NCBI GenBank assembly: GCA_035689185.1
Contig: DASSLY010000010.1
Location: 13,036 to 77,035, forward strand
DNA from: Dermatophilaceae bacterium
GTDB taxonomy: Bacteria > Actinomycetota > Actinomycetes > Actinomycetales > Dermatophilaceae
Reading direction: 5' to 3'
DNA length: 64,000 nucleotides
Shown here: positions 44,133 to 52,127 of the stretch, piece after piece
Numbering within the stretch: position 1 is the stretch's first letter
Layout of the letters: the number at the start of each line of letters is the position of its first letter
Position numbers and translations under genes: made by a program
The notes under the pieces: generated by a model
What the model saw: the letters and a program-made list of their open reading frames with translations, nothing else
What the model was told of the DNA's origin: nothing
The model's database searches: none

Positions 44133-45029
44133 ATGGAAGACGCTGACGTGGCCCGGCACCGTGTCGCCGTGACCGGCTCGTCCGGCAAGCTGGGACGCGC
44201 TGTCGTGGCCCACCTGCTCGATCACGGCTGGGACGTCCTCCGGCTGGATCGCCAGCGGCCGGCGGACCCGGCGGGTGCTCCGTTCGTGTCCGTCGACCTG
44301 ACGGACTACGGACAGGTGGCCGAGGCGCTGAGCGGCGGCGTCGACGAACACGGTGGGGCGCTCCAGGCGGTGGTCCACCTCGCCGCCATCCCGGCTCCCG
44401 GCCTGACCCCCAACGCGACCACGTTCGCCAACAACGCGGTGGCGACCTACAACGTCTTCGCCGCCGCCCGGGCCGCCGGCATCCGCAACATGGTGTGGGC
44501 CTCCAGCGAGACCGTGCTCGGCCTGCCCTTCGACTCACCGCCGCCCTACGTCCCCGTCGACGAGAACTACCGTGTCCTGCCCGAGTCGACATACTCCCTG
44601 GCCAAGGCGGTGGAGGAGGAGATGGCCCACCACTTCTGTCGCTGGGACCCCCAGCTGAAGATGGTCGGGCTGCGGTTCTCCAACGTGATGGAACCCGGCG
44701 ACTACGCGGCCTTCCCCTCCTTCGACGCCGACCCGCAGCTTCGCAAGTGGAACCTGTGGGGGTACATCGACGCCCGCGACGGCGCCCAGGCGGTTCGCCG
44801 CGCGCTGGAGTACGCCGGCACGGGCATGGAGATCTTCATCATCGCCAACGCCGACACCGTCATGAGCCGGCCAAGCCGCCAGCTGGTGGCCGAGGTGTTC
44901 CCCGGCGTCGAGGTCCGGCGGCAGCTCGGCGAGCACGAGACCCTGTTGTGCATCGACAAGGCCACCGCGCTGCTGGGATTCCTCCCGGAACACTCCTGGC
45001 GTGACGAGCCGGGGACGCAAGCCCGGTAA
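44133..45029 (+). CDS. NAD-dependent epimerase/dehydratase (extended SDR)
   Basis: ATG 44133. 'VAVTGSSGKLGRAV' Rossmann motif and 'YSLAK' catalytic YxxxK. Confidence 0.8.
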   Translation: MEDADVARHRVAVTGSSGKLGRAVVAHLLDHGWDVLRLDRQRPADPAGAPFVSVDLTDYGQVAEALSGGVDEHGGALQAVVHLAAIPAPGLTPNATTFANNAVATYNVFAAARAAGIRNMVWASSETVLGLPFDSPPPYVPVDENYRVLPESTYSLAKAVEEEMAHHFCRWDPQLKMVGLRFSNVMEPGDYAAFPSFDADPQLRKWNLWGYIDARDGAQAVRRALEYAGTGMEIFIIANADTVMSRPSRQLVAEVFPGVEVRRQLGEHETLLCIDKATALLGFLPEHSWRDEPGTQAR

Positions 45030-45192
45030 GACGGCTTCGCTGACCGTAGCGCTCAACGGCCGCGGTGCCGGCGGGCGGTGACGGCCGAGTTCTGCCATGC
45101 GCCCGCACCGGTTCGGGCGTACCTTGCGATGGTGCAGTGACTGGCCATGTGCCTGTTCGCCGGGCCCGTCATTCGAGGCAAACCGGGAGGGG

Positions 45193-46929
45193 ATGACGAT
45201 GTCTGTTCGACCGGCTGTTGGTGGCGTCGCAGCAGCGTTGCTGGTGTCGGTGGGCGTAGCGGCGCCAGCCGCGTCGGCAGGCGTAGCGGCGCCAGCCGCG
45301 TCGGCAGGCGTAGCGGTGCCAGCCGCGTCGGTGGGCGTGGCGGTGCCAGCCGCGTCGGCAGGCGTGGCGGTGCCAGCCGCGTCGGCGGCCGCAGACCGAG
45401 TCTCCCCGGGGCGCATACGGGTCACCTCGCTGTCAGCCGGCGGGCGGGCGTGGTTCCAGGGCCCGCCGACCGGCACGACCCCGCCCCTGCGGGCGGGCGC
45501 GCGAATCGCGTTCGGCAGCAACGTCGATGCCAACGATCCGCGGGGTGACCTGGCGGCTGGGCAAAGCGAGACGGCGATCGCCGCCGCTGGGTCGACCGTG
45601 GTAGCGGCGTGGAACGACGCGACCGGCTTCCTGGTCGGTCCGTCCACGGAGCGGCGGGCGTCGCTGACTGGGGTCGGTGTGTCCACCGACGGGGGGCGCA
45701 CGTTCCGCGATCTGAGCGGGTTGCGCAACAACACGCCGAACCAGCAGTGGTTCGGAGACCCGACGGTCGCAGCTATCGACGCGCACCATTTCGCGATCGG
45801 CAGCCTGTACCTGCCCTCGAACCAGTTCGACTGTGCGACCGGGCCGGCCCGTTTCCAGCTCGCGGTGGAGATGCTCACCATCAGCTCCACCGGTGTCGCG
45901 TCGCTCGGGCTGCCCGTGGTGGCCGCCGACGGCGGGGACCTCTGCCCATTGTTGAACGACAACCCGGATGACGACCCGCCGAACATCGGGTTCCTGGACA
46001 AGGAGTGGCTGTCCTATGACAGGGCCAGCCGCCGTCTGGCGATGTCCTACACGCGGTTCTTCTTCGGCTTCAACGGTCAGAGCGGGGCCGGTCAGGTCGA
46101 GATGGTCCGGGCTCGTGTCCCAGCGGATCCGGGTGCACTCACCGCCGGATCGTGGCGTCCTCCGATCACGGTGTGGCCGGAGGAGTCGACCGTGGTGAAC
46201 ACCGGCGCGTATGTCGCGGTTGCCCCGGGTGGGGACGCCTACGTGTCCTGGGAGCGCAACGTTGACAGCAACCGGTTCAACGGAAACCCCTACGTGTTCA
46301 TCCACGCCGCCCGCGTGCGTGTGGGGGACGTGTCGCCGGTGGTGGGCGGCCCCACGCGGCCGCGAGTGGTCACCCTGGGTCAACGCAACTCCAACGGGAT
46401 CGGTGGAGTGAAGTCGTTGGACGCTGTGGTGATCGCCGGCTACAACCGCGGCCCGGGTCAGGACTTCCCCCGCGTCGCCGTCAACGCAGCGTTGAGGCAA
46501 GTCGTCCTCGTCTGGAACGACGCCAGTGCCCACCCACTTGGTGACATCTGGATGCGCGCCCTGCCGATGAACCTCGACATCACCGGACCCATCAGCAAGG
46601 TCAACGACGACAACTCCTTCGCGCTCCACTTCCTGCCCGCAGTGAGCGTCCACGCCGACGGCTCCGTTGCCACGTCGTGGTATGACCGGCGCATCAGCGG
46701 CCCGGACTCCTCCCTGACGGACTACTTCGGGGAGATCCGGGCCACGCCCACCACGGCGGCAAAGGACTTCCGGATCACCACCGGCCCCAGCGACTGGACG
46801 AACACGTCGAGCTTTGTCATTCCGAACTTCGGTGACTACACCGACAACGCCTCATCGGGCAACACCACGTACTACACCTGGTCCGACGGACGGCTCGGGG
46901 TCCCACAGCCTTTCGTCGCACACAACTGA
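45193..46929 (+). CDS. secreted BNR/sialidase-fold (exo-alpha-sialidase-like) protein with N-terminal 9-aa tandem repeats
   Basis: ATG 45193 follows GGGAGGGG. Signal 'MTMSVRPAVGGVAAALLVSVG'. 'GQSETAIAAAGSTVVAAWND', 'STDGGRTF' (Asp-box) and 'FGDYTDN'. Confidence 0.7.
   Translation: MTMSVRPAVGGVAAALLVSVGVAAPAASAGVAAPAASAGVAVPAASVGVAVPAASAGVAVPAASAAADRVSPGRIRVTSLSAGGRAWFQGPPTGTTPPLRAGARIAFGSNVDANDPRGDLAAGQSETAIAAAGSTVVAAWNDATGFLVGPSTERRASLTGVGVSTDGGRTFRDLSGLRNNTPNQQWFGDPTVAAIDAHHFAIGSLYLPSNQFDCATGPARFQLAVEMLTISSTGVASLGLPVVAADGGDLCPLLNDNPDDDPPNIGFLDKEWLSYDRASRRLAMSYTRFFFGFNGQSGAGQVEMVRARVPADPGALTAGSWRPPITVWPEESTVVNTGAYVAVAPGGDAYVSWERNVDSNRFNGNPYVFIHAARVRVGDVSPVVGGPTRPRVVTLGQRNSNGIGGVKSLDAVVIAGYNRGPGQDFPRVAVNAALRQVVLVWNDASAHPLGDIWMRALPMNLDITGPISKVNDDNSFALHFLPAVSVHADGSVATSWYDRRISGPDSSLTDYFGEIRATPTTAAKDFRITTGPSDWTNTSSFVIPNFGDYTDNASSGNTTYYTWSDGRLGVPQPFVAHN
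45253..45387. repeat. 5 x 27-nt in-frame tandem repeat encoding GVA(A/V)PAAS(A/V)
   Basis: Units start at 45253, 45280, 45307, 45334 and 45361, with 1-3 substitutions between copies. Confidence 0.9.
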
Positions 46930-47048
46930 GGCGAGAATCGGGCACGTGGTGTTGACCGGCCGCGGCGGGGTCAGCTGAACACCGCCGCGCGACCAGCATC
47001 CCCGGCCTTGGGCGGCGCCCTTGCACCGGAGGATCGAGAAGGAGCGCG

Positions 47049-47438
47049 ATGCCGGTACTGCAAGCTCAGATCCAGACCGACCAGGCCAGCCGGTACCTCG
47101 TTCAGCTCTGCAAGCACGCAGCCGCCATGAGCGGCGGCGGGCACGGCTCGCGCATGCACCTGCACGCACCGATGGCGCGCGGCGAGGTGCGGGTGGCCGC
47201 CGAGTGGTCGCGCACCAGCGGAACCCTCACCTTCACCCCCTGGGGCCGGTGCACGCTCAGCGCCGACGACGGCATCCTCACGCTGCGCGTCGACGCCGTC
47301 GACGCGGACGGCACGGCCCGGATCCGCGACGTCGTCACCCGCGACTTCGAGCGGTTCACCCGCCGCCACCCGGTAACCGTGATCTGGCAACGGTCCGAGG
47401 ACCCCGGCGCCGCCCCCTTAGGCACGCCGGCGACCTGA
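47049..47438 (+). CDS. DUF2218-like protein
   Basis: 129 aa. 'QIQTDQASRYLVQLCKHAA' and 'VVTRDFERFTRRHPVTVIWQR'. Confidence 0.65.
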   Translation: MPVLQAQIQTDQASRYLVQLCKHAAAMSGGGHGSRMHLHAPMARGEVRVAAEWSRTSGTLTFTPWGRCTLSADDGILTLRVDAVDADGTARIRDVVTRDFERFTRRHPVTVIWQRSEDPGAAPLGTPAT

Positions 47439-47518
47439 CACCCCAGCCCCGCCGAGGCTTCCCGCGACCCAGCATCGCGGCGATCCGGCCGGCGCTGGCC
47501 GCCGTCGAGGGTCTACGG

Positions 47519-47580
47519 CTGGTCACCGGCCGGTCACCGGCTTAGTCACCGGCTGGTCATCGGCTGGTCGTCGGTCATCG
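47519..47580. repeat. degenerate 11-12-nt tandem repeat (GGTCACCGGCY), about 5 copies, intergenic
   Basis: 'ctggtcaccggc cggtcaccggc ttagtcaccggc tggtcatcggc tggtcgtcggtcatcg', read directly. Confidence 0.75.
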
Positions 47581-47701
47581 CGTCGGACCGGCCGGGCGAG
47601 CATATGGCGTTGACAGGCCGGGAACAGTGCCCGCGAAGGAACACCCTTCAGATTGATGACAGTCGCCACAGTGGCTGACAACAGTCGATAAGGAGAATGT
47701 C

Positions 47702-48115
47702 ATGCAGAAGCAGGTTTCCGGCTGGCGCCGATACACCATGGGGGCGTCCTTGGTCGCAGCAGGCCTGGTGGCTGGAGCGGTGGCCGCCGGCTCGATCAGT
47801 GCCAACGCCGCGAGCGGCACCGCCTCTACGACCACGTACTCGGCGGCGTCGTCCAGCGCCAACCAAACCGCACCCGACCGGACCGTGGACGAGTCCAAGA
47901 GCCAGCGGCCGGATGAGAAGTTGCTCACGGGGACCAACGCCACCAAGGCGAGGGCGGCCGCCCTGGCGAAGTACCCCGGCGCCACCATCCAGCGGGTGGA
48001 GACCGACAGTGACGGGGTGTACGAGGCCCACATCGTCACCGCGTCCGGCCAGCGGCTGATCGTGCAGATGGACGCGAGCTTCACGGTGACCGGCACCGAC
48101 TCCGGACACCGGTAA
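47702..48115 (+). CDS. secreted PepSY-domain-like protein
   Basis: AAGGAG RBS. Signal/TM 'MGASLVAAGLVAGAVAAGSISANA'. C-terminal 'ARAAALAKYPGATIQRVETDSDGVYEAHIVTASGQRLIVQMD'. Confidence 0.6.
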   Translation: MQKQVSGWRRYTMGASLVAAGLVAGAVAAGSISANAASGTASTTTYSAASSSANQTAPDRTVDESKSQRPDEKLLTGTNATKARAAALAKYPGATIQRVETDSDGVYEAHIVTASGQRLIVQMDASFTVTGTDSGHR

Positions 48116-48134
48116 CGCAGCTTTGTTGGCCGCG

Positions 48135-48166
48135 GCCCCGCACGTCCGGTTACGGGCGTGCGGGGC
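48135..48166. terminator. perfect 10-bp GC stem-loop (GCCCCGCACG - 12 nt - CGTGCGGGGC) between convergent genes
   Basis: Lies between the PepSY-like stop (48115) and the stop of operon gene 7 (48288). There is no U-tract, which is common in high-GC actinobacteria. Confidence 0.35.
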
Positions 48167-48287
48167 TGCCTGCGGCTGCGGCCGTCCCAGCGGTGGCGGC
48201 CCGGCGCCCTCGGCGGTCAGCCAGACGAAGACGGTCACGGGCACGAGGGACGTTGCCGCGCAACCGATTTGAGTAGGGTTGTCGTGC

Positions 48288-49961
48288 TCAGTCGGGGGGC
48301 TCGATGACGTCGAAGCGAAGACCAGAGGTCGCCTCTCCCGCTCCCGTCTCGCGGCGCCGGGCGCGCCACACGACATACCCATTCGGGGTATAGGTGAGCC
48401 GGTCCACCCGTCTGACCCGGGTGCCGACGGCGGAAACGATGTCCTCGTCGACGGCGGTGCCCGGCTGGTGGCTCACGGTGCGGCCGCGGACACCCTCGTC
48501 GGACACCTCGCAGGCCCCGTCGGGAAGCGCGGCGAGCCGCAGCCGGCGATGACCGTCGGGGCCTGCCTCGGCCGCTTCCAGCGGGTACCAGTGGTCTGGC
48601 AGCGTGGTCCCCAGCCGGTACACAAGTGACCCGTCCGGCACCGGTGCGGGCGCCCCGCCCCCATCAACGGACGGCCGGGCGACCAGCCAGCGCCGGTAGC
48701 GATCGACCCGCTCGCCGTCCTCGTCGGTGGTTGTCAGCTCGATGAGCCAGCCCAGGTTCGCCAGCTCGTCCCGGGCGAGGACGACGTCCTCCAGCGGTGG
48801 GCCTTCCAGCGGCGGCGGCGCGCTCGGCAGCAGGACCCGCAACCCGACACCGCCGTCGGCGGCCGCGGACGAGGGCGCTTGGACCTCCCAGAGCCGGAAC
48901 CGCGACCCGGCGCCGTCGAGCCGGGCGGAGGGCAGGACCTCGGTCGTCGTGCCGAACGTGTCCACCACCGTCAACCCGGTGACCAGCACGACGCCGGGCG
49001 CGACCGGCAGCGGCACCAGGAACCAGTCGCCGGCATAGGAGTGGGCGAAGGCGACGAGCAGCTCACGGGCCGGGTCGATTCCCGCCAGCATGTCCAGGTC
49101 GACGTCGCCGTCCTCGATCGTCCAGTAGCCCGGCTCCGGCATGCCCTGGTAGCTCACCCGGGCCGGCCGCACCACGGTCACCGGGCCGGGGCTCGGCGTG
49201 GCCGGCAGCGAGGCCCGGTCGAAACAGTGCCAGTCCAGGCCGTCGCCGTCGTAGCCGGGGGCGCTCAGCTCCACCGGCTGCCCACCGAGGGCAGCGGTGC
49301 CGGTGAAGGCGTAGCCGAGCAGCAGCTCGGACCAGGCCTGCGGCGTCACGCCGCCGCCGGGCGTTCCGACCCGCCCCGTCATCCACCGCACCCAGGCCCG
49401 CGCCGGCGCATCCAGCGCCGCTCGCAGGGACGGGTCCACGCCGGGTTCGGCCGGCAGCGAGCCGTGGCCGCCGTCCGGCCCGACGGCGGCCAGCCACGCG
49501 GCATACAGGGCGACAGCGTCCGGGAGGCGCCCGTCGAATGCCGCGAGCGCGCCGGTCTCGCCGCGGGCGCCGAGCGGGTATGACGTGGCCAGGGCTGCGC
49601 GCGCGAGGCTCAGGTCCGCGTCGCCGACCCCGGCGTCGGCGGCCAGGCGGAACAGCTCGCTGGCGAGCCGGACCCGGGTCGCCGTGTCGACCAGGTCGCC
49701 TGCCGGCGCTGGCTCGGCCTCCACGAGCGGCTCCACCTGGCCCGCTGCCGGCCGACCGGCAACGGAGAGCGGCGCCTGGAGGTGGCTCATGGTGACGGTG
49801 ACCGGCGTGCCCCCGTCCTCGGCGAGCAGGCCGCCGGTCTGGAACTGCCGGGCGAGCAGCCACAACGGGTCGTGCACGCCGGCGGCGACGGCGGCCAACC
49901 GCTCCGGCTCGGTCGCCGCGGTCGACCAGGGGTGCAGGCTGGCCCCGGTGAGCGCGGTCAC
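48288..49961 (-). CDS. hypothetical protein, gene 7 of the seven-gene operon (557 aa)
   Basis: GTG 49961 overlaps the gene 6 stop (GTGA). Balanced composition, in contrast to the Arg-rich overlapping frames. Distinctive segments: 'DPLWLLARQFQTGGLLAEDGGTP', 'GMPEPGYWTIEDGDVDLDML', 'FAHSYAGDWFLVPLPV' and 'YRLGTTLPDHWYPLE'. I recognise no characterised domain. Confidence 0.75.
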   Translation of the reverse strand: MTALTGASLHPWSTAATEPERLAAVAAGVHDPLWLLARQFQTGGLLAEDGGTPVTVTMSHLQAPLSVAGRPAAGQVEPLVEAEPAPAGDLVDTATRVRLASELFRLAADAGVGDADLSLARAALATSYPLGARGETGALAAFDGRLPDAVALYAAWLAAVGPDGGHGSLPAEPGVDPSLRAALDAPARAWVRWMTGRVGTPGGGVTPQAWSELLLGYAFTGTAALGGQPVELSAPGYDGDGLDWHCFDRASLPATPSPGPVTVVRPARVSYQGMPEPGYWTIEDGDVDLDMLAGIDPARELLVAFAHSYAGDWFLVPLPVAPGVVLVTGLTVVDTFGTTTEVLPSARLDGAGSRFRLWEVQAPSSAAADGGVGLRVLLPSAPPPLEGPPLEDVVLARDELANLGWLIELTTTDEDGERVDRYRRWLVARPSVDGGGAPAPVPDGSLVYRLGTTLPDHWYPLEAAEAGPDGHRRLRLAALPDGACEVSDEGVRGRTVSHQPGTAVDEDIVSAVGTRVRRVDRLTYTPNGYVVWRARRRETGAGEATSGLRFDVIEPPD

Positions 49962-52111
49962 GGCAGCGCCCCGATGCGGACGGCGGCGGTGTCGTGGAGC
50001 TCGGCCGCGACCGCGCGCTGCCGGGCCAGGGCCATCGTCGAGGTCACGACACCGACGAGGTCGCCCAACGCCCAGGCCGCCCGTTCGCGGTCAGGGCGCG
50101 GGTCGGCCGCGACGGCCACCAGGATCGCCTGGGCAGGATCGGTGCGGGGCTCGTCGTAGTGGAAGGCCACCGCGCTGTCGTACCCACCGGCGGGGACGGT
50201 CTGCACCCAGGTGTCGATGGCGAGGCCGGCCACGACGTCCCCCGCGTGGCCGCCACCGGACTGCCCCCGCGCGTCCACGACGACGAGGTCCACCAACCCG
50301 GCCGTCGGAGCGGGGTCGGCCCCGGCCCACCGAGCGGAGGCGGCACGCGGCAGCTGGCTGGCGCGCGGTCGCAGCCGGGACGCCGCGCCGAGCGCGTCGG
50401 CCGTGTCGTGGGCGTCGAGCAGGGCGGCCACGGCCGGACGGACCCGGGCGTGGTCGGCGAGCCAGGTCCGGATCACGGCGGCCGTGCCGCCGTCCAGCCC
50501 GGCGTCCGCGCCGGCGAGGTCGGCCCGGACGAGGGCGTCGGTCGGAGCCGGCACGGCCAGGAGGAGCGGCACAGCCGCGCCGCACAACCGGGGCAGCAGG
50601 TCACGGGCAGCCGAGACCGTCGCCGACGGGCCGGCTGGGTCCGCCACGAACGGCGCGGCCGCCAGGCGGGGGGCCAGCCGGGCCCGGGCTGCGCCGGCCA
50701 GCGTCACCAGGGTGGGCAGGTCCAGCGGGCCGGCGGCGGCCGGCGGGGCCGCCTCGGCCAGGCCGGCGTCGCAGGCGGACAGCAGGGCGGCGGTCAGGCC
50801 AGCCGTGCCGTCGGAGGTCGTGCCCTGCGCCCGGGCCAGCCGGTCGTCGAGGTCGTGCAGGGCGGCCTGGACCGCGCGGACCGCGTCGACGGCCTGCGCC
50901 TGGGCGCTCGACGGCAGCCCGGGCGGGTCTTCGCCGGAGCCGGCGAGGTCGGCCGGGGTGAGGCTGCGCGCCGTCGTCATCACCGCCCGCAGCCGCGCCC
51001 CCGCCGCGGTCACCGCGGCCAGCGGGATGCGGCCAGCCGGCGGTTCGGGAGCGTCCAGCACGATGCGGCCGGTCCACGGCGTGGCGTCGGGCGCCGCGAG
51101 GCGTGGCCGGGCCACCAGTGCCACCCGGGCGGTAAGTTCGCCGACGTCACCGGTCACACGCAGCCAGCCGGGTGCGTCCAGGCCGAGCGCGTCGCCGCTG
51201 AACGTGGTCCGCGCCGCGACGGTGCCGTCGTCGGCGACCGCGGCAGCACCCAGCTGGACCTTCGACGGGTCGGGCAGCATCCCGGCCAGCCATCCGGCGT
51301 ACAGGGGGTCGGCGGTGCCGACCAGCCCGGCCGAGGGAGCCGGCGAGCGGTCCGGATCGGCCAGGACGAGGACCCGGTGGGTGAGGTCGTGCCCGGGGGC
51401 GGGGGTGGCGACCACGTCGGGCGCATCGGTGACCGTCCCGGAGGCGGCGATCTCCAGGCTGGCGCCGGACCGAACGAGGTTGCCGGCGACCAGCTGGTGG
51501 ACGCTTTCGGCCGCGACGACGTCGGCCACCGCGTCGACCGCGTCGTCCAGGTCGGACAGCACGGCCAGCAGCCGGGGGTAGTCGGCCCCGTCGAGCGCCG
51601 GCAAGCGGATCTCGGGGTCGAAGGGGGCGTCACCGTCGTGGCTTCGGAACGGGATGGAGGCGGTGTCCCACACCGGCGGGTCGGTGGCGGTCCCGGCGCG
51701 GTAGCGCTCGCGCAGCCCGAGGCCGTCGACGGTCGCCGTGACTGCCGCGGTCGTCGTCGCGCTGGCCATCAGCCGGGCGAGCTCGTCGGCCACGGCCTTC
51801 GTCGCGTCGGCGACCGCGTTCTCGGCGTCGGCGTACCGGGTACGGACGACGTCGAGCAGGGCCGCCTCCGCGGCCTGGGCCCGGGCCGCGGCGGCGTCGG
51901 CGGCAGCCTGCGCCGCGGCCAGGGCAGCGGCGGCGGCCTGCAGCCGCGACCGCAGGCCGAGCACGACCGGGGTGGTGAGGACGGCGTCGATCTGCTGAAG
52001 CCTGACCCGGTGTCCGTTGGCCGCGCCGACTGCGACGTTCATCTGCTGGCCCCATGCCGCGACGGCCGCGGGGTCCGCGGGGTCCGGGAGGTCGACGTCT
52101 TGCCGCTGCAT
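49958..52111 (-). CDS. hypothetical protein, gene 6 of the seven-gene operon (717 aa; N-terminal Ala-rich coiled coil)
   Basis: ATG 52111 lies 6 nt after GAGGAG and 16 nt after the gene 5 TAA. 'LQAAAAALAAAQAAADAAAARAQAAEAALL' is coiled-coil-like. C-terminal 'GLAIDTWVQTVPAGGYDSAVAFHYDEPRTDPAQAILVAVAADP'. Confidence 0.75.
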   Translation of the reverse strand: MQRQDVDLPDPADPAAVAAWGQQMNVAVGAANGHRVRLQQIDAVLTTPVVLGLRSRLQAAAAALAAAQAAADAAAARAQAAEAALLDVVRTRYADAENAVADATKAVADELARLMASATTTAAVTATVDGLGLRERYRAGTATDPPVWDTASIPFRSHDGDAPFDPEIRLPALDGADYPRLLAVLSDLDDAVDAVADVVAAESVHQLVAGNLVRSGASLEIAASGTVTDAPDVVATPAPGHDLTHRVLVLADPDRSPAPSAGLVGTADPLYAGWLAGMLPDPSKVQLGAAAVADDGTVAARTTFSGDALGLDAPGWLRVTGDVGELTARVALVARPRLAAPDATPWTGRIVLDAPEPPAGRIPLAAVTAAGARLRAVMTTARSLTPADLAGSGEDPPGLPSSAQAQAVDAVRAVQAALHDLDDRLARAQGTTSDGTAGLTAALLSACDAGLAEAAPPAAAGPLDLPTLVTLAGAARARLAPRLAAAPFVADPAGPSATVSAARDLLPRLCGAAVPLLLAVPAPTDALVRADLAGADAGLDGGTAAVIRTWLADHARVRPAVAALLDAHDTADALGAASRLRPRASQLPRAASARWAGADPAPTAGLVDLVVVDARGQSGGGHAGDVVAGLAIDTWVQTVPAGGYDSAVAFHYDEPRTDPAQAILVAVAADPRPDRERAAWALGDLVGVVTSTMALARQRAVAAELHDTAAVRIGALP

Positions 52112-52127
52112 GGGTGCTCCTCGGCTG

